Position numbers and translations under genes: made by a program. Source: Podarcis tiliguerta (Eukaryota). From it: a DNA stretch of 64,000 nt. The notes under the pieces are model-generated. The model had not been told where the DNA came from. It ran no database searches and saw only the letters and a list, made by a program, of their open reading frames with translations. Below are positions 50,259 to 61,860 of this stretch, piece after piece. The stretch is taken from NCBI GenBank assembly GCA_965153285.1, contig OZ229119.1; one strand, given 5' to 3'. Position 1 is the stretch's first letter. Each line of letters starts with the position of its first letter.

Positions 50259-51099
50259 TAACCACCTCTCTCAGTATCTATTGGCTTTGTTGTAGAAATA
50301 GCTAGAAGCAATTGTGGAACACAGTCCTTGGAGCTGCTTTGCAGAGATACGTTGAGGACATACTGACTGCTAGATTCTCACAGGTTGTAGAAGGTAACCA
50401 ACAGGTGCACTAACAGAAAAATTAAATGAGGGGCCCCCCCTCAAAGTTCTGTGAGTGACGTCCAGTAAGTAGGGTCTCAGCTGGCATACTAGATGGAGTT
50501 GGTGACTTCTTGAAAGCTGACACAGAGTCAGTTTTCTTGATTCTTTTATCTTAATTCATTTCTAACTTCTAAAAATCGATGTTGTGTACTGTTGTCATAC
50601 CACTTGCCTATTCTATTTTTTCAATCACTGAAGCTCTGCCAGGAAATAGAGGAAATAGCCTGACAGATGAAAGCTATTTTTCATTCTAGTCCTATGGGAA
50701 CCCCCGGTTCCATTTAGTTAACACATTGTTTTCTTTGCTTTAACATCCACCATACTTGGCAGTAACTTTTTACCAGCCTGTGTTAGATAACATACAAAAC
50801 AGGAATGGCGACCTCTATCTCCACTGGTTGCTGTGGGGAAATGAATGCTCAACCGAAGGCACAGGCTGTTCTTCTTAACCTCCTGGCAAGGAAGTGCCAA
50901 GTACTGGAGGCTGGTCTCTGGCCAATAGTAGCTGGAGCCAGAGCTAATGGCAGAATATTTGAGACTTAATTATTGTGGTCTGCATCCAATACCAGCTTTG
51001 CACTGGCAGAAAACACTTCCTTTCACTTAGTTGTCACCAGTCCCTTCTACCCACTTCAGCTCCCCTTGTCTCCTCTGAAAAGGTTAGTAAAAAAATGAA

Positions 51100-51823
51100 A
51101 AAGGTAACGGACCCCTGACAGTTAAGTCCAGTCGCAAACAACTCTGGGGTTGCAGCGCTCATCTCGCTTTACAAGCCGAGGGAGCTGGCGTTTGTCCTCA
51201 GATTTTTTGGGCCATGTGGCCAGCATGACTAAGCTGCTTCTGACGAACCAGAGCAGCGCATGGAAATGCCGTTTACCTTCCCACTGGAGCGGTACCTATT
51301 TATCTACCGTATTTTTCGCCCCATAGGGCGCACCGGCCCATAGGGCACACCTAGTTTTTTTGGGGGGGGAAATAAAGAATTCCCCCCCCAGGTGTGGGGA
51401 TGGGGCGGGGGAAGCCCGAGCTTCCCCCGACCCCAGCCCCCAGAACAGGCAGCTCTCCGCTAGCCATGGGAGAGCTGCGCGAAGTCGTGCAGCTCTCCCA
51501 CGGCTTGCGGATAGCTTCCTGAAGCCTGGAGAGCGAGAGGGGTTGGTGTGCACCGACCCCCCTCGCTCTCCAGGCTTCAGCGAAATCCTGCATTCGCCCC
51601 ATAGGACGCACACACATTTCCCCTTCATTTTTGGAGGGGGGAAAGTGCGTCCTATAGGGCAAAAAATACGGTACTTGCACTTTAACATGCTTTCAAACTG
51701 CTAGGTTGGCAGGAGCTGGGACTGAGCAACGGGAGCTCACCCCATCACAGGGATTCGAACCGCCGACCTTCTGATCGGCAAGCCCTTGGCTCAGTGGTTT
51801 AGACCACAGGACCACCCGTGTCC
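51100..51823 (-). mobile_element. Sauria SINE interrupted by a DNA transposon
   Basis: SINE halves at 51100-51306 and 51672-51823 rejoin as tatctacttgcac. Confidence 0.9.
51307..51671. mobile_element. Tc2-like (TcMar) MITE, 365 bp, nested in the SINE
   Basis: TA|ccgtatttttcgccccatagg ... cctatagggcaaaaaatacgg|TA; CCGTATTT termini are typical of Tc2-group elements. Confidence 0.88.
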
Positions 51824-52850
51824 TGGAAAGATTAGAGGAACCTCCAAAACATGTTCAGATATGTCAGAGAGGGTGGTAGGGAAGGGATGGTCACCAGTAT
51901 ATAGGGCAGGGATATGGAAACCCAATGCCCTTCAGGCCTCTCTATCTGGCCCTTGGGACATTCTCTGGGCCTGCTTAGTCACACCTCGCACTTTGTATCC
52001 TCCTTGACTGTTTTTGCCTGACTGGAACCTGTCCTTAAACTCGGATGATGTCTTCCGCTTGCCTGGACAGAAGGTAGAGAGGGGTGTTTGGTTGCAGAGA
52101 AACTTAGCCTTATAGGTAAAATTCATGTTTACGGCTCTGAGCACTTTGGACTCTTGCCCTGTCCACCACTGGCATGTGGCCCCTGAAAGGCCCAGAAGGG
52201 AATGTGGCCCTTGATCCGATAAAGATGTCGCATCCCCCAATGTAGGGGGGAAGTGCTTTCCACTAGTGCAAAGCAACTATTGGATAACCCTGTAACTTCT
52301 GAACACAGTGGTTTTCCTTGTTGTTACAACAAGCCTGAGTCTCGGCTAAATACATGCTCTCTCTTCAAGCCTTTAACAGCAGTGTGAGGGAGAGGGAGAG
52401 AACTGTGATAGGCAGATTGATGATGAAAGTGTTGCATGCAGTTGTGAACTTTCAAGAGAACAAACCTTTTAAAGGAGATTCTGAAGCTTGTCAAAGATTT
52501 CTTACGCCTAAAGGCACAACTGCCGCTAGAGAGTTGCTGCTGCTGTTTTAATACTGCCCTTCACCTAAGGTCCCATCTAAGGTTGCAACAATGAAAGCAC
52601 AATGTTAAAAGCAGTTTAATAAAACAACTTACAATCACAAAAAGAAGGCGGGGCTGTATATAAGGGGGCTGTAGAGACATAGGCAGTATTTTAGATATTT
52701 GGGGCCTAAGTCATTCAGGGCTTCAAACTACATGAGCACCTTGAATTGGGCCAAGAATTGAATTCTCAAGCGCCTCTGTGTTTTGGAACAATTGCAGCAG
52801 GAAGAGTAGCAGCAGTGTATAAGTATTTATAATGCAGCACATGACACTTT

Positions 52851-53208
52851 GGGACGCAGGTGGCGCTGTGGGTAAAAGCCTCAGTGCCTAGGACTTGCCG
52901 ATCAAAAGGTCGGCGGTTCGAATCCCCGTGGCGGGGTGCGCTCCCGTCGCTCGGTCCCAGCGCCTGCCAACCTAGCAGTTCGAAAGCACCCCTGGGTGCA
53001 AGTAGATAAATAGGGACCTCTAACTAGCGGGAAGGTAAACGGCGTTCCGTGTGCTGCACTGGCTCGCCAGATGTGGCTTTGTCACGCTGGCCACGTGACC
53101 CGGAAGTGTCTCCAGACAGCGCTGGCTCCCGGCCTCTAGAGTGAGATGAGCGCACAACCCTAGAGTCTGTCAAGACTGGCCCGTACGGGCAGGGGTACCT
53201 TTACCTTT
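52851..53208 (+). mobile_element. Sauria SINE (second subfamily), full length
   Basis: gggacgcaggtggcgctgtgg...tacctttaccttt; 12-bp TSD ACATGACACTTT (52839-52850 and 53209-53220). Confidence 0.94.
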
Positions 53209-54361
53209 ACATGACACTTTACAAAGAACAGGTTTCTAGCCCAAAGGGCTTACAAAATCTATATTAAAAAAAGATAAGATGGAAACAATAGAAGATGTAG
53301 GGGAGTAAGGCAGGAGTAAGGCTGAGTTTTCACAATCATTTAATCTTTTAGTTACGGTTGTATTGGTTTTTCAGAATAGTTGTTTTTTTGAAATGGTAAT
53401 GAAAATCCCTTCTTGAATGCACAACTTGATTTAAAATCTTGTTGAACATGCTACTCATTCCCTTAGGATCCCAGTGGGACACACTTGCATCTGCTAAAGC
53501 AAGCAAAGAAATAAATCGTTCTCATATTTACTGGAAGCAGCTTTTAAACATGCAAGATCATCACTTTGTGGAAGACGGCTTTCCAAACCTGATAGGCTTC
53601 ACGTGTAGGCTGCCAAAGTGGTCAGATATCGGGTCAGAGAGAGGAACGGGCAGATTTTGCTCAGACTATATGGTACAACCCAGGTTCACCCACTTTCACA
53701 CTATATGAGATCCAGCAATCATGCACCTTGCGGCCCTGCCTATGATGCACATCAGGTTCCCTTCATGACACTTGAACAGGAGGTAATTTCTGAGAGCAGA
53801 AGTATGTGTTCCTTCTACCAAAAATTAACAGCCGCCATAAATGTTGCCTGCCTATCAAAATGTATGTTATGATTTATGGAGGGATCTGTTGGGTGTTTAT
53901 TTTCCCGGTAAACGTATGTTGTCTGTTAAACGTTTTAACACCGCCATCTGGTCTAATTAATGACTTGCAATAGTTGCCTCCTCTAAACATGAGCACTACC
54001 ATGTTGCAAAACATTTGTCGTTGCGCTTGTAGTGAGACAAGGTAGATTCTCATCTTCTGGTGATCAAAGCGCTCGTCTGAACAGCAGCTCGCCATTTGGA
54101 TGTTGGGGCGAGCAGTAGTCCAACAATATCTGGAAGGCCACAGGTTCCCCATCCCAGGCTTAGCCCATTCTAGACCACTCCTTGTTGTAGGAACATAGTA
54201 AGCCTTATTACAGTCATGCCATTGGTCCACTGTCTACATTGACTGGCATCAGCTCTCCTGAATCTTCATCCTTTCTGGAGATGGTGGGCATTGAACCTGA
54301 GGCCTTCCGCAATGCAAACCATGTGCTCTGTCTCTGGGTTATGACTCCCTTCACATTACCT

Positions 54362-54790
54362 GTTGTTGGCATCCATCTGTCTTGAGAGACAATAGCGTTT
54401 GCCTTCAACGGCGAGGTCAAAACACTGTATTAGCAGCACTGAAGTGACCTCCCCAGGGTGCAAGCCTGGGCAGTGTATATGTAGGTCCTGGGCTGCCCAG
54501 TCGACAAGACCCCTCTCTCAACCTCGCTGATGTGGTCCAAAGGAAAGCAGAGCAAGATGCTTGGCACCGGCTTGGCTGCAGGAGTTGCCGGAAGGAGGCG
54601 AACAAGGTTCCATCTAGCCGTCTTAGGGACTCCACTCCACTCTGGATTTGCGTAGGGCTTACTCCTGAGCCTTTTCTTCTCCGGAAGATATATCCTGCAA
54701 GGCAGCGGAGGTTTAGGATCAGAGTTTTCCTTCTCCTACATAGGCTACCTTCCCAGGTTGATGAGCCCCATCTGCCCTTCACGTCCCTCT
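54362..54790 (-). mobile_element. Non-autonomous RTE-related retroposon
   Basis: Reverse complement contains gggctcatcaacctgggaaggtagcctatgtaggagaaggaaaactctgatcctaaacctccgctgcc, an RTE 5'UTR-like motif, and a short caaca tail. Confidence 0.6.
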
Positions 54791-55516
54791 AGGGTTGAAT
54801 CAATGGGAGCCCACATGAAATAAAACAGAACATCTTTGAAGTATGAACTGTAAGGATGAAGCACATTTTTCTTCCTGAGGTAAAGGACTAGATGGAGCCT
54901 CCCGTTCTATGTACCAAGACCTGATCCAACTAGCAGTTGAATCTCACTTAGACACTGGCAGTGTTCTCCACCACACCTATGGACAGCAGGCAGTTGACAG
55001 CAGCTACCCAAATGAATGCTGTAGCCCTGGAGGATGAGAGGTCTCCTGGAGATACCTCCATACTTTGATGTGACAGCCACTTTGGGCAGGCCAGGACACA
55101 TGCCACGCACACACAGACCTGCTCCCTTCCAAAATGATAGGCCCTCAAACCCCGAGTTGGCTATTAGATGGAGCAAGCGGGACCTTCAGCATAAAGTTGC
55201 AATGAATTCTCATGTTCCTCAGTGTTTCCGTTCAGCCATTTCTGTTCAGGATTCTCTCTCCCTAGCCCAGTCCCTCAGTTTACCTTTTCACAGGAAGCTA
55301 CCTTGTGCTGAATTGGTTCCTCTATCCCAACACTGCACCCCAACTGGCAATTGCTCACCAGGGTTTCAGGATCTTGCCCAATTCCACATTGAGACTGAAC
55401 CTGGGCATTCTGCATGTGAGACAGATGTTCTGCTGCTAAGCTATGTAGATGTTTTTGTACCTCTGGGAACCCCAGTGTTTCTGAGCCACCCTATTTTGGC
55501 TCCCTTTCTATTTTCA

Positions 55517-55797
55517 CATACCATAAAGTTGGATGGGACCACAAGGGACATCTAGCTCAGCCCCCTGCAATGCAGCAATCTCAACTGAACCATCCATGAC
55601 AGATGGCAATCCAACCTCTGCTTAAAAACATCCAAGGAAGAGGAGAGTCCACCACCTCCCAAGGGAGTCTGTTCCACTATTGACAGCTCTTGCTGGCAAA
55701 GTTCTTCCTGATGTTTCGTCAGAATCTCCTTTCTTATAACTTGAAGCCATTGGTTCGAGTCCTGCCCTCCAGAGCTGGAGAAAACAAGCTCGTTCCA
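55517..55797 (-). mobile_element. CR1 LINE 3' fragment
   Basis: agttggatgggacc...tccaacctctgcttaaaaacatccaagg..gagtccaccacctccc..ctgttccact..aagttcttcctgatgtt, the CR1 3' end signature. Confidence 0.8.
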
Positions 55798-58700
55798 CCT
55801 GAGTTTTCTATTAAAGGATATGATCGTGATAGGTGGGTGTTAAATCGCAGTCCCGAAGCTGGCCTTTTTTTGCCGCACCTTGTTAATACTTGTGGTCCGT
55901 TTTTTGTGTGTTTGATCCTTGCTCACACAGGTGGCCTTATTGACCAGGCAAGTTGGGTCCCTGTGGCCTGAGTGATATTGCTGTGTGCACAAACTGGGCT
56001 TGCTGCTATCCTGGTACTGTCTTGCCACTTCGCTCTCTTCTAGCCAGTCTGGCATCGTGATGCAGACCGATGGTTCAGCACTGCCATATGCGAGAGGAAA
56101 TTAGCAGTCATGCCACCCTGGAGGCAGAGAGGAAGGCAATGGGTGGTATTCTTTAATCCCAGCAAGGCTGCTTCTAAAAGAAGAGGAAAATGAATATCAA
56201 AGGAAAAGATCAGAGGCTCCCAGCAGCCTCCAAAGACAGCTCATAGACCATAATTTGTGACTCTTCAGCATGTATGATATATGTATAATGAATGCACACA
56301 GGTTCATTTTGTTCCAGCGGCCCACCTCTTTGGCTATTGGCTGCTGCTCTGGCAGGAGGACACGGAATGCTAATGAACATTCTGACTTCTCAGGGTGAAG
56401 GTTCCATGAACAAGATGCAGTTTCTGTGAGGGCAAGGAGAATTTTAAGTCGGCAGAAGGAAGGACCAAGGAGGAGGAAGAGCTGTGTGCTGTTAACGGGA
56501 AGGAGGCAGCGGCACTGGTTCTGGACAGCCAGGAAAGACGAAGACAAACTGAATGGGGAGATGGTTAAGGAAAAGGGATAGGACAGGAAGCAGCTGATCA
56601 CAGGAATGGGTCTGCCATGACCCGAGACAGCCAGTAATGTGGATGCATGAAAAACATACCTATCTATGATGGGGTCACAATAAGACACAACTCATCATCA
56701 GATGTTTTCCATGTGACAATCAGAGCCATTTAGTTCTCTGGGATGGAATGTAGCGGACCTTTGATCTTTGTGTTAATTAAAATCAAGCTGCCAAAAAGGT
56801 GTGGGAGGGAGATCAATATTGTTGAAGCCAAGAAATGTCATGTGAGTGGGCTTTAAAGGTGCTATGCCCAAACTGCAGCATGAATTCTGCTGGTGTTGAA
56901 AGGGAATAAAAAAGACACATGTATTTCCCTGCAAATCTTTGCCACTAGCTGACTTCCTGCAAATCTCCCCTGCTGCTAAAGCATCTGCCTTGAAAGCATC
57001 TCAGTGCAAATCCTAATAGCTCTCCACAGAGGTACCACACATCTCCTTGATAGGAACGGAGATGTCTTGGCCACAAGTGTGCGCCAGAGAGCTAGCATGG
57101 AGACAGATGGGCCGTCATGTGCCTCGTGCATGATGATGATTTTGCATTGAAATCTGTACATCCAAGATGTGCCCCTGTTCTCCTTACCCTGGTTTGATGC
57201 CGTGCTGATCTAGCAAGATTAGCACAACACACGCACCCTTTTCCTTTCTGATCAGCTTGGCTTTTATCGATCTGCGTCTGGAAACTCTGCAGCCCCAGGG
57301 GGATAGATCAGCAACACTAGCCCATGACGTATGTGGATGTCTAGACATATATCTGGGAGCAAGTAGAGTGCTGAGCCTGTCCCACAGAGCAGGATGCACC
57401 TGTACAATAAATGCTCTTCTTGGGAAGTGAAGGATGAATCAAGAAAAGGTTGAACGATGTCCTGGGAGTTTATCTGGAGGTTATGCTTAGATGAGCGTAT
57501 GCAAAACAGTATTCCTTCATGGGAATAAGCCACAGGGTCACACACCTATCTAGTAGGCCTTGCTAGCTGCAGCAACTAGCAGCTACTCATTTTATTTTAC
57601 AATTCGCACCCTTTAAAAACTAGCTTCAGAAACTAATTCCTACTGGCTAAGCAGGCACAGCTGCAGAGCCTGTTTGAAATGTTGGCAACCGGCACGAGCC
57701 ACATTTTTGTGTGTTGTGGAATCAGAACATTTTGGGGGGGGGGGTTGGAGGAGATAAAAGCAGAATGGCAAAACACTGCATATATATGAGAAGTCCCTCT
57801 TTTTGTCTATATTTACTGCATAGTTCTCTAAAATACCATTATTCAACTGAAGCTGAAATCCACACCCATCCAATTTATCATTGGGAATAAGCTGTGTTTG
57901 CCAAGAGGGAAATGATTTTGAGCTGGCTGCAGCTGTTTATTATCCATGAAGTCCGGTTGAGGCAAAAGTCAAAGTAAAACAAAGTCTCGGCAGGTGAAAG
58001 ATGGCTCAGTGTTGTGATCAAGTGGGCAATCTGGTTTTTCAGCCTTGAAACAGAAAAGCTTGTTAGGCTGCTGGGCTTATGGGAAGCAACAGCGTCAATA
58101 AAGGATATTTTTTATCATGTGCCAACATTCCCCGCACTATACCAGGACCGGTTAACACTGGCCTCTTTGTTGCCTTGCACGCGTGAATGGACTATTGGAT
58201 TCAGTCTCACCAACAGAATAAAATCTTCACCTGCCTTTATAACAGTGGCTTTGAAGGTTTAGCATCTCCCTGTGTTGAGTGGGTTCTGCAAGTCGCTAGT
58301 CCTCATGACCAGAGAAAACAGAGAAAAAGGGCAGGGAGGAGGAAGGATTCAAGTGAGATGCCTGCTTGTTCTGAAGGGGTAGGGGTAAAGCTTGTGACAT
58401 AACCGCCCTGAGACCTCCGGGTATAGGGCAGTGTATAAATTTAAACAATAATAATAAAAAATAATGAAAGGTGGGGTCCCATCTTCCTGCCTGGGTGTTC
58501 TACAAAGTCATGCTGACTTCCTGCCTCTCCACTTCTTTCCTGTTGTCTTGAAGACTCTAAACTTGGTGAAGAGAAAACAGAAGCCAAGCTACTGACCTTT
58601 AAGAAAATATTCTAAATCCACAGTACAGCAAAGTTGTTATTAGGCTAACCAAAATATCACAGAGTAATTGGCAGGCTTCCAGGTACTCTATAGCTCATCA

Positions 58701-58862
58701 GATTAATGGTTAAAACAGAGCATAGATGTTTGTGTGCCAGGGGGAAGTTTGACTCATGTCATGGAGTCCTACGGGGGTCGTTCCATGCCAAATCACCTGG
58801 TGCTGTGTGCTCTCACGACAAAGATTTTCTTAAAAAAAAATTAAAAATGTGTAGATACCTAT

Positions 58863-59131
58863 GGTAAAGGTAAAGGGACCCCTGACCCTTAGGTCCAGTC
58901 GTGGCCGACTCTGGGGTTGCGGCGCTCATCTCGCTTTATTGGCCGAGGGAGCCGGCATACAGCTTCTGGGTCATGTGGCCAGCATGACTAAGCCGCTTCT
59001 GGCGAACCAGAGCAGCGCACGGAAATGCCATTTACCTTCCTGCTGGAGTGGTACCTATTTATCTACTTGCATTTTGACGTGCTTTCAAACTGCTAGGTTG
59101 GCAGGAGCAGAGACCGAGCAACAGGAGCTCA
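58863..59131 (-). mobile_element. Sauria SINE, 5'-truncated
   Basis: ggtaaaggtaaagggacccctgacc...ggagctca. Confidence 0.9.
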
Positions 59132-59808
59132 TAACCTCAAATTAATTTTTAAAGATTGTTTTGGTCCAAAATTGGGCACAGGAGAATGTTTAAAAAAATT
59201 CAATTTTCGCGTGATTTAAACTAATGCAATTTCTGCGTCAGTTTAAAAAAAACCACCTTCTGTTTTGCTTATTTTTCAACCAATTGGGCTTATTTGGGTA
59301 TCAAAATAAAGCTAATTGTGGTCTCTTTCAAAATAAGGTATAAAAATGGTATTAAGTGCCACAGAAAAGGGTCAGTGACCATTAAAAGTGAATTTTTGTC
59401 ATTTTATTCCCAGTAGGTTCGATAAGCCGTAGGGCGCAAACCACAACTAACACATGTATCATACTTTTTTTGTAGAATGGGCTAACCATGTACTTGTTAT
59501 GCTTCTTAAAAAAGGAGGGTGTTTTTTGTGGTTATAAAATAACCACATAAATTTCTTGGGAAGAAAATCTGAGTTGTGAGAGCACGGTCGAGTATTAAAA
59601 TCAGGTGATTTGGCGTGGAATGACCCAAGGTGGTATTCTGCTATGTTTTACTCAGGAGTAAGCCTGTTTAAATTAATGGGCCTTATGTGAATTAATTTCA
59701 ATGGCTCTATTTTAGGTACCACCCAGTTGTCTCAAGATGGAGTGTGGAGGGAGGTAGAAGGCAATTAACTAAATTAGGGTCTGTTAGGGGGCTATGTGGG
59801 TTTCAGGT

Positions 59809-59913
59809 TCATACAATCATAGATGTGTAGAGTTGGAAGGGACACTGGGGGTCATCTAGCCCAACCCCCTGCAATGCAGGAATCTTTTTGCCCAATGTGG
59901 GGCTGGAACCCCA
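59809..59913 (-). mobile_element. CR1-tail SINE fragment
   Basis: Shares agttggaagggac..catctag..ccccctgcaatgcag with the CR1 at 55517, then a tRNA B-box-like ggggctggaacccc. Confidence 0.55.
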
Positions 59914-60829
59914 GACTGCTGGTACACAGAGACTGCCTTGTTGGTAGAGGGCCTGCAGCACACCTGGCGTTTGTAACTGAGGTAAACAGAAAATCCAATC
60001 TGCGGTGTCTTCTGGTAGGGTAGGGTTATCCCCTGAATGTTATCCTGGAGAGCTACTGTCAGTCAAGGCAGACCACAGGTGGGGAAATGAGGCTTCCCGA
60101 GCCACACCCCCTAAGCAACCCTACCCTATACTTGAGTGCTTTTTCCAGGCTGGACAGTGTTCTTGAATTTACCTAGTGTTTTCTGGAGAATAGAGGGTGA
60201 GGGTGTGGGTGTGTGTGTAGAAACTAGCCTACTGCACCAAGGTAACGCTTCCATCACATACATCCATTTGCACTTTAACGCCGCCCAGCCCTGGCACGCA
60301 GCCCGCGGAAGGTCGCAGAGGCGGGAATGTGGCGGGAAGCGCCACCAGCAACCCTTCCTTTGTAGACGGAGCAGGCATCTGGTCCACCAGAAGGCTGCCA
60401 GTGTTCTCCAGCAGCGCTTTCACCTCGGCCAAGATTTCCAGCTGCCCCGTTTCTCCTCTCAACCCCCAAATCCTCAAGAAGGCGCGATCTTCTCGCCACA
60501 CCTCCTCCTCGACGTTTCTTTATTGTCAGACATCAACTCGGCCTCCCCCCTGACCGCTTTATCTTTGGAAAACAATAGAAGCTTTTGATATCATGAACTC
60601 CACCCCCACCCCCTTAGAAATCCCCGTTTTCTTTCCTTAGGAATAATACCTCTCGCTTCGCCTCTTTTCTTTTTCCTCTGCTGGCTGCTCCAAATCTTTC
60701 ATTTTTACATTTTTTGCCTGCGGCAGAAAGCTCAAGAGCAACAAAAGAAAGAGAAAAGCGGAGAGACGAAGTGGCCAAGCCCACCCTCTCCGGTTCCCTT
60801 TCGATGTGTGGGCGGGTGGGTGTGATTTG

Positions 60830-61860
60830 TGGGTGAATGCGCACGGGAAAAAGAGATCATTCTTATTTTGGCTAGGGCGCGCAGGAACCCGGCAGAGCCT
60901 CCGCGCGTCGTAGCCAGACGCCGCCGCCGCCGCCGCCGCCACACCCCCTTCTGTCCCCCTCCCCCTTTTCCTTACGCTGCTTTTCAGCCTCGAGGATCCC
61001 AACCCCTCCCCTCCCCCTCTCCCCTCCCCAGACTGTCAGCCGACGAGGAGAGGACCCGGGCGGGTTGCCGCTCCGTCGGGGCGCCGCTGCGCTTTGCACA
61101 GCTTTTTGCAGAGCTAGCCGGGCAGCACATGCGAGCTGCGCTCTCCTTTCTCTTTCTCTCTCGGATCTCCCTCCCTCTTTAGAAATCGCGGAGGGAGGCG
61201 GCGGAGGCTTTGCAAGGCCGGACGAGCCATGGGGGGGCCCGTGGGCTTGCCCGCCCTCCCTCCTCCTTGCAGCCCCCACCCCTTCCCTCGGCGTCTTTAA
61301 GCAGCAGCGGCAGAAGGAGGAGGAGAAGGAACGGCGCGCCTGGGCGCATCGGCGAGGAAGAGGAACGCGCTGCTGCTGCTGCTGTTGTCGGCGGCGGCGT
61401 CCTGGCCATGGGGCGCTTCTTCGCCCCCGGAGGATGAGGTGGTGGTCGGGACTGCGGCTCCTGCGGCGCCGGGAGCTGCCGGCTGGCTCCCGATGAGCGA
61501 CTGGAAGGCGGGGAAACGGCATCGGAGGATGGCGGCGGGTCTCCTGGCGTGCAAAGGCCCCCGCACCCGGCTGCCGGTGGGCGCCAGCGCCCTGGGCTTC
61601 TTTGTCCTCTGCTGGCTGTACATCTTCCCCGTCTACCGGCTGCCGGACGAGAAGGAGGTCGTGCAGGGAGTCCTGCTGCAGCAAGGCAGAACCTGGCGGA
61701 GGAACCGCAGCGCCGTGGCCGGGTTCAGGTGAGTGAGTGCCAGCCGGGCACCCCTGGCGGGCTGCGCAGCTGGGCAGCCCAAGGGCACACGGGGACACCC
61801 GGCAGCAGGGAAGGGCGCGCTTGCCTCTCCTTCGCAGGAGGCCGGGGCTAGCCCTCGGGA
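60830..61860. promoter_or_regulatory. CpG island: ST8SIA1 promoter, 5'UTR and exon 1
   Basis: Abrupt high GC and CpG density; (CGC)7 at 60919-60940; C-run tract 60944-61029; (GCT)5 at 61369-61384. Confidence 0.9.
61493..61728 (+). CDS. ST8SIA1: ST8SIA1 (alpha-2,8-sialyltransferase 8A / GD3 synthase) coding exon 1; the gene continues beyond the window
   Basis: MSDWKAGKRHRRMAAGLLACKGPRTRLPVGASALGFFVLCWLYIFPVYRLPDEKEVVQGVLLQQGRTWRRNRSAVAGFR matches recalled PRTRLPMGASAL..VLCWLYIFPVYRLPNEKEIVQGVL. Type II signal anchor, NRS sequon, donor AG|gtgagt. Alternative start at 61529. Confidence 0.95.
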
